NCBI GenBank assembly: GCA_034717975.1
Contig: JAYEMF010000077.1
Coordinates: forward strand, 1-42,671
Direction: 5' to 3'
Length of the DNA stretch: 42,671 nt
DNA from: Campylobacterota bacterium
GTDB lineage: Bacteria; Campylobacterota; Campylobacteria; Campylobacterales; Sulfurimonadaceae
Numbering within the stretch: the first letter of the stretch is position 1; each line of letters starts with the position of its first letter. The position numbers were made by a program, and so were the translations under genes. Shown here piece after piece: positions 29,266 through 37,018 of the stretch. The notes under the pieces are model-generated. The model was not told the DNA's origin, searched no databases, and worked only from the letters and a program-made list of their open reading frames with translations.

Positions 29266-29837
29266 AACCTTACGCTTTAGCTCTCACGGCACTTCTGCTT
29301 CTGGCTGGATGCGGTGAAAAAAAAGAGGAAGAGAAACAAACTCAGGCTCCTGTAGCTGCTGTCACGGCCGGGGAAATTGAAGTTTCCAAAAACATCAAAG
29401 CCTACGAGCAGAAAGTAGAAGAGAAGGCTACCGATAAAACACAGAGTAAATCCTACTACTACGATTACAATGTAGAAGAGAAAAAAAGTGCTCCAGCAGA
29501 AAAACGAAGCGCCATTGACGCCAATCTACACGTGCGCAGTCCCTATGAACAGGTGGAGATCGAACTGTTGGTCCACAAACTGAGTAAAGATTTTATCGTC
29601 AGATGTTCTGCATGCCATAATGATTATGCCAACGGAATCATCGGACCTTCCCTGCTGGACAAGGATGCCAAGTTTATCTTCAATACGATAGCTGCCTATA
29701 AAACCGGCGAAAAAGAGAATGTCCTGATGAGTGCGCTGGTCAAGCAGATGAGTGATGAGCAGATACAAAAACTTGCCAACGAAATTGCCGAATTCAATAT
29801 AGAAATTAAAAAAATGAGATCAGGAAGAGGAAACTAA
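29262..29837 (+). CDS. nosC1: NosC1 monoheme cytochrome c (lipoprotein)
   Basis: Lipobox LLAGC, CSACH, distal Met in NVLM; position within the nos cluster. Confidence 0.85.
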   Translation: MKPYALALTALLLLAGCGEKKEEEKQTQAPVAAVTAGEIEVSKNIKAYEQKVEEKATDKTQSKSYYYDYNVEEKKSAPAEKRSAIDANLHVRSPYEQVEIELLVHKLSKDFIVRCSACHNDYANGIIGPSLLDKDAKFIFNTIAAYKTGEKENVLMSALVKQMSDEQIQKLANEIAEFNIEIKKMRSGRGN

Positions 29838-29839
29838 TA

Positions 29840-30316
29840 ATGAAAAATATTATTGTAGGAGCACTGACACTGCTAATTGTCGGGCTCATGGCGATGACCG
29901 CCATGCGGGGCGGAGCTTACCATGGCGGCGAGGTTAAAGTGATCAGTGATATGGCAGGCAAAATGGGGCAGAGCAGCCAGGCCACTGCACCGGTAGCTAA
30001 AGATGACCGTAAGATCGAACAGGACAAGCTGAAAGCCCTGAGAGACAAAGCCGGCAATATCGGCGGTTTCAAAGTATCCAAGAACTACAAAATGAAGTGT
30101 GCCTCATGTCACGGAATTAACGGCGAGGGGATCATCGGACCAAAACTTATCGGTTTGAAAAGCGATGTGGTTTACCAGCAACTCCTCGATTATAAAGCGG
30201 GACGAAAAGAGAATCTAGTCATGAAGGGACTGCTGCTCAAGCTCGATGAAGCAGCACTTAAAGAGTATGCCGATGAAATCGGAGAATTTGAAGCAAGAGC
30301 GAAAGCCGAACAATAA
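29840..30316 (+). CDS. nosC2: NosC2 monoheme cytochrome c
   Basis: N-terminal hydrophobic anchor, CASCH, GPKL, NLVM. Confidence 0.85.
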   Translation: MKNIIVGALTLLIVGLMAMTAMRGGAYHGGEVKVISDMAGKMGQSSQATAPVAKDDRKIEQDKLKALRDKAGNIGGFKVSKNYKMKCASCHGINGEGIIGPKLIGLKSDVVYQQLLDYKAGRKENLVMKGLLLKLDEAALKEYADEIGEFEARAKAEQ

Positions 30317-30333
30317 TATCTTTGGAGTAAACG

Positions 30334-31239
30334 ATGGATCAGTATAATTCCCGAACAACGATCAAAAACACCACGTTTTTATCGACCTTTACCACCAAAA
30401 CAAAAGAGGGCAAAACAAAGCTTAGCTATAGAACCAAACGGTGGATACTGGTCATCGCCATCCATCTCACCTTCTTTTTATCATTTGCGATCGATATTCA
30501 GGTCCTTGAGGGAACGCTCAGCGGTTCACGCTTTCTGGGCTTTCACCTTATCGATCCCCTCATGACAATGGAGACATTTTTAGCCACGCACCATCTTCAT
30601 ATCAATATGATTATAGGCACTGTGACCATCATCATCGTCTACCTGCTCATCGGCGGTCGCACCTACTGTGCATGGGTCTGTCCATACGGTCTGCTAAGCG
30701 AGATCGGTGAAAAATTCCATAACACTCTGGTCGATAAAAAGATCATCAAATCAAGAGCCTTCGACAACCGTGTACGCTATATCTTCTGGGCGATCTTTCT
30801 CATCCTTGCATTTACCAGCGGCTATATCATATTTGAGACCATCAATGTCGTTGGTATCATGAGTCGTGCCGTAGCCTACGGCTGGTCTGTATCTCTGATG
30901 TGGGTCATTGCCGTATTGGCTATTGAGACATTCTACTCACGCCGGGCCTGGTGCCGCTATGTCTGCCCTGTCGGAACAACATACGGGCTGATGGGACCGA
31001 TCAGTGCAACCCGAATTGAGTGGAACGACAACTGTGACCACTGTATGGTCTGCCATGATGTCTGTTTTGAGAACCAGGTACTTGAACTGACCAAAGCAAA
31101 ATATGATAAAGAGCGTGAAGAGAAAGGCATAAAAACTGAGTTCGTCACCGGAGCAGACTGCACACTCTGCGGGCGCTGTATCGATGTCTGCCATGAGGAT
31201 GCCCTCAACTTTGAATTCAGACTGAAGTCGATTGTATGA
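30334..31239 (+). CDS. nosH: NosH (NapH-like) membrane Fe-S quinol dehydrogenase subunit
   Basis: GGRTYCAWVCP, WCRYVCP, CDHCMVCHDVC, CTLCGRCIDVC. Confidence 0.9.
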   Translation: MDQYNSRTTIKNTTFLSTFTTKTKEGKTKLSYRTKRWILVIAIHLTFFLSFAIDIQVLEGTLSGSRFLGFHLIDPLMTMETFLATHHLHINMIIGTVTIIIVYLLIGGRTYCAWVCPYGLLSEIGEKFHNTLVDKKIIKSRAFDNRVRYIFWAIFLILAFTSGYIIFETINVVGIMSRAVAYGWSVSLMWVIAVLAIETFYSRRAWCRYVCPVGTTYGLMGPISATRIEWNDNCDHCMVCHDVCFENQVLELTKAKYDKEREEKGIKTEFVTGADCTLCGRCIDVCHEDALNFEFRLKSIV

Positions 31240-31874
31240 TAGAAGTAACTGGTATTACCAAGAAATTTGGCAAAGCCGTCTCACTGGACAATGTCTCGAT
31301 CAATTTCGAACAAAATGATGCCGTCGCCCTGATGGGTGCCAACGGTGCAGGAAAAACAACGCTGATTCGCCTGATTTTGGGTTATTATCACGCTAACAGC
31401 GGCTCCATTCGCATCAACGGCATGGACCCGATCAAAGAGCGCATAGATATCCTTCAGCATGTCAGTTTCGTTCCGCAGCTTCCCCCTCCGATCAAACTAA
31501 ACCTGAACGAACTGATCGGCTACGTCTGCAGCAGTTCCAATGTCAGAAAAGAAGAGATCTTTCACTATGCCCATGAGATGGAACTTGATCTCAAGCCAAA
31601 TCTCAATAAATCCTTTTTTACCCTCTCCGGCGGGATGAAACAAAAACTGCTTATCGCTATTTCACTTGCCAAAAAGAGCAATATTATGATCTACGATGAG
31701 CCAACGGCAAATCTTGACCCTAAAGCAAGAGACAATTTCTACCGCCTGTTAAAAGAGCATGAACAGGATAAGATCGCGCTCTTCGTTACCCACCGGCTTG
31801 ATGAGATCAAATCCATTGTCAACCGCCAGATCTACATGGATCTTGGAACGATCGTATCGGACGAGCGTGTTTAA
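31236..31874 (+). CDS. nosF: NosF ABC transporter ATPase
   Basis: GANGAGKTT, LSGGMKQK, YDEPT. Confidence 0.9.
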   Translation: MIEVTGITKKFGKAVSLDNVSINFEQNDAVALMGANGAGKTTLIRLILGYYHANSGSIRINGMDPIKERIDILQHVSFVPQLPPPIKLNLNELIGYVCSSSNVRKEEIFHYAHEMELDLKPNLNKSFFTLSGGMKQKLLIAISLAKKSNIMIYDEPTANLDPKARDNFYRLLKEHEQDKIALFVTHRLDEIKSIVNRQIYMDLGTIVSDERV

Positions 31875-32334
31875 AGCGTGGCTTGTTGCAGTCGGAATGC
31901 TGCTAACTATCGGCTTTAGCGGCTGTGAACAGAAGATCTCTACAGAGCTGCACAAGGTACACTGGGACAGAGACATGTGTGAACGATGCAAGATGGTCGT
32001 CAGTGACCGTAAGCATACCGTGCAGGTCATCAACCCTCAAAACGGCAGAAGCTATATGTATGACGACATCGGCTGTACGGTACTCTGGTTTATTGAAGAG
32101 AAGATCGAGTGGGCCGATGAAGCCGTTATCTGGATCACGGACACAAAGACTGGAGAGTGGATCAATGCAAGGACCGCTTTTTACGATACGATGAACATCA
32201 CACCAATGGCCTATGGAATTTCAGCGCATAAAGACAGATCCTCCATTAAAGAGGGTGAAGAGATCATCGATTTTGACGAAGTTAAAAAAAGAGTGATCAA
32301 GATTGAAGAGAACTATAACAAGAAGAGCTATTAA
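31867..32334 (+). CDS. nosL: NosL copper chaperone lipoprotein
   Basis: GTG start at 31867, lipobox FSGC, CERCKM, YDDIGC, TPMAYG. Confidence 0.88.
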   Translation: MFKAWLVAVGMLLTIGFSGCEQKISTELHKVHWDRDMCERCKMVVSDRKHTVQVINPQNGRSYMYDDIGCTVLWFIEEKIEWADEAVIWITDTKTGEWINARTAFYDTMNITPMAYGISAHKDRSSIKEGEEIIDFDEVKKRVIKIEENYNKKSY

Positions 32335-33162
32335 ATGAAAAATCTGCTACTTATCGCCTATCTCGACCTTAAAGAGTCCATCCGGGCCCGCTGGTTTGTA
32401 ATCTATTCGCTCGTCTTTGGCGGATTGATCGCCCTCTTTTTCATTGCCGGTATCACCGAGTCTCAGGTCATGGGCTTCAGCGGTCTTAGCCGACTGCTTC
32501 TGATGTATATCCAGGTAACCATCATCATTCTGCCTATCTTCATTCTTATCACAACCGTACGTTCCATCTCCGGTGATCGTGACAGCCATATTTTGGAGTA
32601 TATGCTCTCCTTTCCAATCTCACTGGCTCAGTACTATTGGGGAAAGGTGTTCGGTCGTTTTATAACTGTCTTTCTGCCGGTCTTCATGGCGATGGTCTTC
32701 GCCATTATCTATGGTACTTTTAAAGGGGCAGCCGTCCCATGGGAGATCTTCTTCCTCTATACCGGTCTGCTCTTTTCGCTGAGTTCCGTCTTTCTGGGGA
32801 TCGCTTTTTTCATCTCATCGATTGTCAAATCATCGGAGATGGCACTGGGGATCTCATTTTTTGTCTGGATCCTTCTGCTGGCATTCATCGACATCGCTCT
32901 GATCAGCCTTATGTTACAAAACCGTATGAGTGAAGAGCTCATCATCTCCATCGCCTTCATCAATCCGATGGAGATATTTCGTGTCGCCGCCATCAGCCTT
33001 TTTGATCCGGAGCTGACAGTCATGGGTCCGGTTGCTTTTTATATCCTTGACACACTGCCACAAAAGATTTTTGTCCTGATTTCGATTGTTTATCCACTTC
33101 TATTGGGCATTATATTTGCCTTTTTCGGGTACAGTGTCTTCCGTAAAAAAGATTTGGTATAG
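32335..33162 (+). CDS. nosY: NosY ABC transporter permease
   Basis: DLKESIRARWF, ISGDRDSHILEYMLSFP, about 6 TM segments. Confidence 0.9.
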   Translation: MKNLLLIAYLDLKESIRARWFVIYSLVFGGLIALFFIAGITESQVMGFSGLSRLLLMYIQVTIIILPIFILITTVRSISGDRDSHILEYMLSFPISLAQYYWGKVFGRFITVFLPVFMAMVFAIIYGTFKGAAVPWEIFFLYTGLLFSLSSVFLGIAFFISSIVKSSEMALGISFFVWILLLAFIDIALISLMLQNRMSEELIISIAFINPMEIFRVAAISLFDPELTVMGPVAFYILDTLPQKIFVLISIVYPLLLGIIFAFFGYSVFRKKDLV

Positions 33163-33253
33163 AAGACTATCGCTAAGGTCGCTTCGGCAGCAGACCCCCG
33201 CGCTGTTAGCGCTCTATGTAAACCGGACCAAACAACTGTGAAATTTCTTAACT

Positions 33254-33397
33254 TAATTACTTCAACTTTCGCACATGCCGTCACCCCGGACTTGATCCGG
33301 GGTCCACAGCTGCAAGGTCTTAAACATAAAAACCACTAGATTCCGGGTCAAGCCCGGAATGACAGCCGTTTTTCATGTGCGAAAGTTGAGTTAATTA
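33254..33397. repeat. Nested palindromic repeat, MITE-like
   Basis: Perfect 16-bp IR TCAACTTTCGCACATG (33262-33277 / 33374-33389) enclosing two mutually inverted 27-nt hairpin units (33280-33306, 33337-33363). Confidence 0.75.
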
Positions 33398-33425
33398 CAA
33401 TATAAAACTTAACCGAAGGAATGAA

Positions 33426-33899
33426 ATGATAAAAAAAACTGCACTGGTATTCATTGCCACTACTGCCCTTTTAATGGCTGCGCCTATCGAAGTATCAAAA
33501 GAGAAACGCTGCCTGATCCGTCAGATCAAGGTCTATGAGAACCCTGCATGGATCGCCAAAGCAGTGACACGCCAGAAAAAAGATGTCTACTTCTCCAGTC
33601 CAAAATCGATGTTCGAGTATTACTTTAACCCTATTCGCTGGACGGAGTTGGGTGCCATCAGTCCGGATGACGTCACCAGCGTGAGTGTCACTGACTTCAA
33701 AACCCTTGAAGCCACCGACGCCAGAAGTGCTTATTTTGTCTACGGCAGCGCTATTGTCGGCCCAGCTGGTGATGATCTTGTCCCGTTTGCCGAACAGAAA
33801 GATGCTGAAGCGTTTATGAAAAAATATAACGGAAAGAGGATTCTCCGGTTTAGTGAGATCAAACTCAGCCTGATCAATCTTATTAACGGCAGGATTTAA
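33426..33899 (+). CDS. Second NosL-family protein (non-lipoprotein, degenerate Cys motif)
   Basis: Signal peptide, YFSSPKSMFEYY, VTDF, AYFVYGS, GPAGDDLVPF, AEAFMKKYNG; CLIRQI where CxxCxM is usual. Confidence 0.8.
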   Translation: MIKKTALVFIATTALLMAAPIEVSKEKRCLIRQIKVYENPAWIAKAVTRQKKDVYFSSPKSMFEYYFNPIRWTELGAISPDDVTSVSVTDFKTLEATDARSAYFVYGSAIVGPAGDDLVPFAEQKDAEAFMKKYNGKRILRFSEIKLSLINLINGRI

Positions 33900-34218
33900 T
33901 TTCATAATTGACCACGAAGGTCTTCCTATATGTCAATCTGATTCAGGAGCGAAAAAATGGTAAGTTGCCACTCTACCGACAAGTCAGTTGGCCGGGGTCA
34001 ATAAAATACTGATTGTCAATTTTTTCTTTCCGATAACAGTGACGTCATAAAAACTCAAAAGTTAGTCAAATACGAAGGCAGCAAAAACCACTCAGACCTC
34101 AATCAAGCCCATACGTCAGACCAGACAATCTTCCCGAGCAGCCAAAAAATGTTTTTTTGTTTCTTGTTTTGCGCCAAAAAAAGAAAGAAGAGACTATACA
34201 ATCAAAGAAAAAATTGTT

Positions 34219-34677
34219 CTACGACAAAATCTCGCGAAGTTGAATAGCGAACCATAGGATGCCAAGGTTCAGAAAAAAGATAAGCAGCGAACTGCCTCGG
34301 GAGATAAAATGCTGCAGTTTTGATCGCTCTTTGGTGTGGGTTTTAAGTGCAATATACATATGAATGATCGTCAGAAAAGTCAATACGCCGACATAATAAA
34401 GTTTGTGGCTCATCGCATAAGCCAGCTGTGTCAGTTCACCCTCTTGCGTCAGTACATCCCACATATTGAAGTGGAAGAAAAGGATTGTTCCTGTCGTCCA
34501 AAGCGAAATCAGCCAGACCGTCTCAAAATAGCCATATAAAGGGCCAAGATGTTCGTAAACCTGCTTTTGGGCATCTTTATCACGCAGGAAGACACCAAGG
34601 GCAAAAAGCAGCAATGCCCCGCCGATCCATGCTGTAGCCGAAAGCAGATGTATATATAAAACGGTTTGAAAAAACAT
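34219..34677 (-). CDS. CopD-like small membrane protein (4 TM)
   Basis: HLLSATAWIGG first-helix motif, several His residues, four hydrophobic segments. Confidence 0.65.
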   Translation of the reverse strand: MFFQTVLYIHLLSATAWIGGALLLFALGVFLRDKDAQKQVYEHLGPLYGYFETVWLISLWTTGTILFFHFNMWDVLTQEGELTQLAYAMSHKLYYVGVLTFLTIIHMYIALKTHTKERSKLQHFISRGSSLLIFFLNLGILWFAIQLREILS

Positions 34678-34710
34678 GCTGCATTATACAAAAGAGTGCA
34701 TACGATTTTC

Positions 34711-34724
34711 TTGATATAAATCAT
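34711..34724 (-). promoter_or_regulatory. Crp/Fnr (Nss)-type box for the CopD-like gene
   Basis: TTGATATAAATCAT (1 mismatch to TTGAT-N4-ATCAA), 22 nt from the minus-strand TATAAT at 34683-34688. Confidence 0.6.
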
Positions 34725-34809
34725 CTCCTTCAACCCTCTCAAACCCCCATACTGACAGTGTTACGAAAAGTATAAATTTAAATTATTGTTTCAATAAAGT
34801 CTTACAGAA

Positions 34810-34827
34810 TTAACACTAATGTAACAA
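34810..34827 (-). promoter_or_regulatory. Candidate regulator site upstream of the TonB receptor, shared with the nosZ promoter
   Basis: TTAACACTAATGTAACAA, reverse complement TTGTTACATTAGTGTTAA. Confidence 0.55.
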
Positions 34828-34868
34828 AACTTTCAATAATATAATTATGTTTATAATAAATAGGAGTA

Positions 34869-36929
34869 ATGATGAATAAATATATCTACCTGTCACTCGC
34901 TGCCGCAGCAATGTTGAATGCTGCTGAAGTAACTATGGATGCGATCGACGTCAAATCTACCACTATCAAAGATGTCAGTGGTGAAGAGATCAAGTCTGCT
35001 GACGTTGCCGAAGCATTGGCGAACAAGGTTCCGAGTATCCAGCTCATCCGTCGAAGTGGAATTGCCAATGATATCATTCTTCGCGGTATGAAAAAAGACA
35101 ATATCAATGTTCTTGTTGATGGTACCAAAGTATGCGGAGCCTGTCCAAACCGCATGGACCCGCCAACTTCACATGTACTGACTAATAATATAGAGAGTAT
35201 TGAAGTCGTTGAAGGCCCTTATGATGTAGAGCACTTTGGCGCACTTGCCGGTGGTGTCTATGTCACTACAGTGCAACCAACAAAAGAATTCAGTGGTGAG
35301 ATTAATCTCAATGCCGGTCGATGGAACTATCAGAAGATCTCTGCGCAGGCCAGTGGCGGTACAGACACTTTCAGAGTTTTGCTCAGTGCATCAAAAGAGA
35401 AGAGTGACCAGTACGAAGATGGCGATGGCAATGATTTTGCAGAGCAGATTGACAATTTTGCTGGAACCACTGCATCACTACAGGGCGTAAAATTTCAAGA
35501 TCAATATAGAGATATGGAAGCCTATGATAAACAAACATTTATGGGTAAAGTATATATAGATATCACAGATGATCAGGAGCTTCAACTTGGTTATACTGCC
35601 AACAGAAGTGATGACATCCTCTATCCAACAAGTAAGATGGATGCCATCTATGATGACTCCAATATCTATGACCTGCAATATTCACTTAAAAACCTCGGCT
35701 CTCTCTCCAAAGAGATTAAAGTTCAGGCCTACCGTTCAGATGTAGCACACCCAATGTCGACAAAATACAGAAAAGCATCTCTGAATGATCCAAAGAATCC
35801 TGGTAATCCAAATGAAGTCACAAGCTACCTTGAAACTGAAATGACAGGACTCAAAATTCAAAATAGCCTTGATGTGGATGACAATACCGAATTAACCGTA
35901 GGTGTCGATACCAGTCTGAGAAATTGGGATGGTGAATATATCAAAAACGGTGTAGTGATGAAATACCCACCAACTTCACCAACTCCTGGAAAAATCAAAA
36001 AAAGTATCGATGACGTTGACACTAAAAACATTGCTCTGTTTCTTGAAGCAGAACAGCATCTTGGAAAAGCCGATGTTCAAGTAGGTGCTCGCTATGATGA
36101 TACTTCAGTTACACCATCGAGTGTACATCCTGAAAATGATTACAGTGCTTTGAACGGATTTATCTTTACGACCTATAATACAAGTGATACCCTCAAAGTA
36201 TTTGGCGGACTCGGTGCATCGTCTCGTGTTCCAGATGGAAGAGAGTTGTATTTCACAGCCAGCAATGCACCAAGCAATCAAGCTACAGTTGGTACCACAA
36301 ATCTTAAACAGACTAAAAACTATCAAGCTGATCTCGGAGTTGAGAACAACTATGATAACTTCACTCTTAAAACGAGTGTGTTCTATAGTGTTTTAAAAGA
36401 CTACATCTACTATAACGCTGATAAATCACTGAGTAGATTTGAGAACATTGATGCGACAAGATATGGTCTGGAAATCACCGGTTCTTACTATGCAACCGAT
36501 GCGCTCTGGCTTGATTTTGGATTGGCCTGTCAACGCGGTAAAAAAGATGATGCTCTTGCTGGTCAGACAGACAAAGATCTGGCGGAGACTCCACCGTTAA
36601 AAGCCAATGCCTCTATAAACTATGAATATGCCACAAACAGTACTGCTACCATAGCCGTTGTAGCTGCTGACAGATGGGATAAAATTGATAGTGATAATGG
36701 GGAGCAGGCGATCGCAGGTTACGGTATTGTCAATATGAAAGTCAACTATGAATTTACAAAGAACTTTGATTTGACAATTGGTATGGATAATGCATTTGAT
36801 AAAACGTATGCTATTACAAATACCTATAAAGACTTAACTCTGATTTATGACACTACTACCAATGATGATGTCATGCTGATGAACGAACCGGGACGTTACT
36901 ACTACGCCAACCTTAGAATCAAATTCTAA
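34869..36929 (+). CDS. nosA: TonB-dependent copper receptor, OprC/NosA-like
   Basis: Plug motif GACPNRMDPP (CxxxM), HPM motif, EPGRYYYANLRIKF C-terminus, signal peptide; adjacent to the nos cluster. Start may be 34872. Confidence 0.8.
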   Translation: MMNKYIYLSLAAAAMLNAAEVTMDAIDVKSTTIKDVSGEEIKSADVAEALANKVPSIQLIRRSGIANDIILRGMKKDNINVLVDGTKVCGACPNRMDPPTSHVLTNNIESIEVVEGPYDVEHFGALAGGVYVTTVQPTKEFSGEINLNAGRWNYQKISAQASGGTDTFRVLLSASKEKSDQYEDGDGNDFAEQIDNFAGTTASLQGVKFQDQYRDMEAYDKQTFMGKVYIDITDDQELQLGYTANRSDDILYPTSKMDAIYDDSNIYDLQYSLKNLGSLSKEIKVQAYRSDVAHPMSTKYRKASLNDPKNPGNPNEVTSYLETEMTGLKIQNSLDVDDNTELTVGVDTSLRNWDGEYIKNGVVMKYPPTSPTPGKIKKSIDDVDTKNIALFLEAEQHLGKADVQVGARYDDTSVTPSSVHPENDYSALNGFIFTTYNTSDTLKVFGGLGASSRVPDGRELYFTASNAPSNQATVGTTNLKQTKNYQADLGVENNYDNFTLKTSVFYSVLKDYIYYNADKSLSRFENIDATRYGLEITGSYYATDALWLDFGLACQRGKKDDALAGQTDKDLAETPPLKANASINYEYATNSTATIAVVAADRWDKIDSDNGEQAIAGYGIVNMKVNYEFTKNFDLTIGMDNAFDKTYAITNTYKDLTLIYDTTTNDDVMLMNEPGRYYYANLRIKF

Positions 36930-36936
36930 CTTCCAA

Positions 36937-36996
36937 TACAGAGGCATCCGCCTTTGTACACTCATTTTTCATTCAAGCCCATCATCTGCGATGGGC
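36937..36996. terminator. Two hairpins between the convergent TonB receptor gene and lon
   Basis: TACAGAGGC-ATCC-GCCTTTGTA (36937-36958) and GCCCATC-N6-GATGGGC (36977-36996). Confidence 0.5.
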
Positions 36997-37018
36997 CTCC
37001 ATCTCTCAGACGATAGAC

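Noticed and set aside
31033..31056. CMVCH in NosH as a heme c site
   Set aside because: It is part of the CxxCxxCxxxC ferredoxin motif (CDHCMVCHDVC).
33254..33397. Palindromic units as a CRISPR array
   Set aside because: Only two units, in inverted orientation, with no repeat-spacer periodicity and no cas genes.
34834..34860. AT-rich AATAATATAATTATGTTTATAAT as a Fur box for the TonB receptor
   Set aside because: Better explained by tandem TATAAT -10 elements in AT-rich DNA; the receptor has copper-type motifs.
34869..36929. TonB receptor gene looks more AT-rich by eye, suggesting horizontal acquisition
   Set aside because: GC content was not computed and no flanking mobility signatures were seen.
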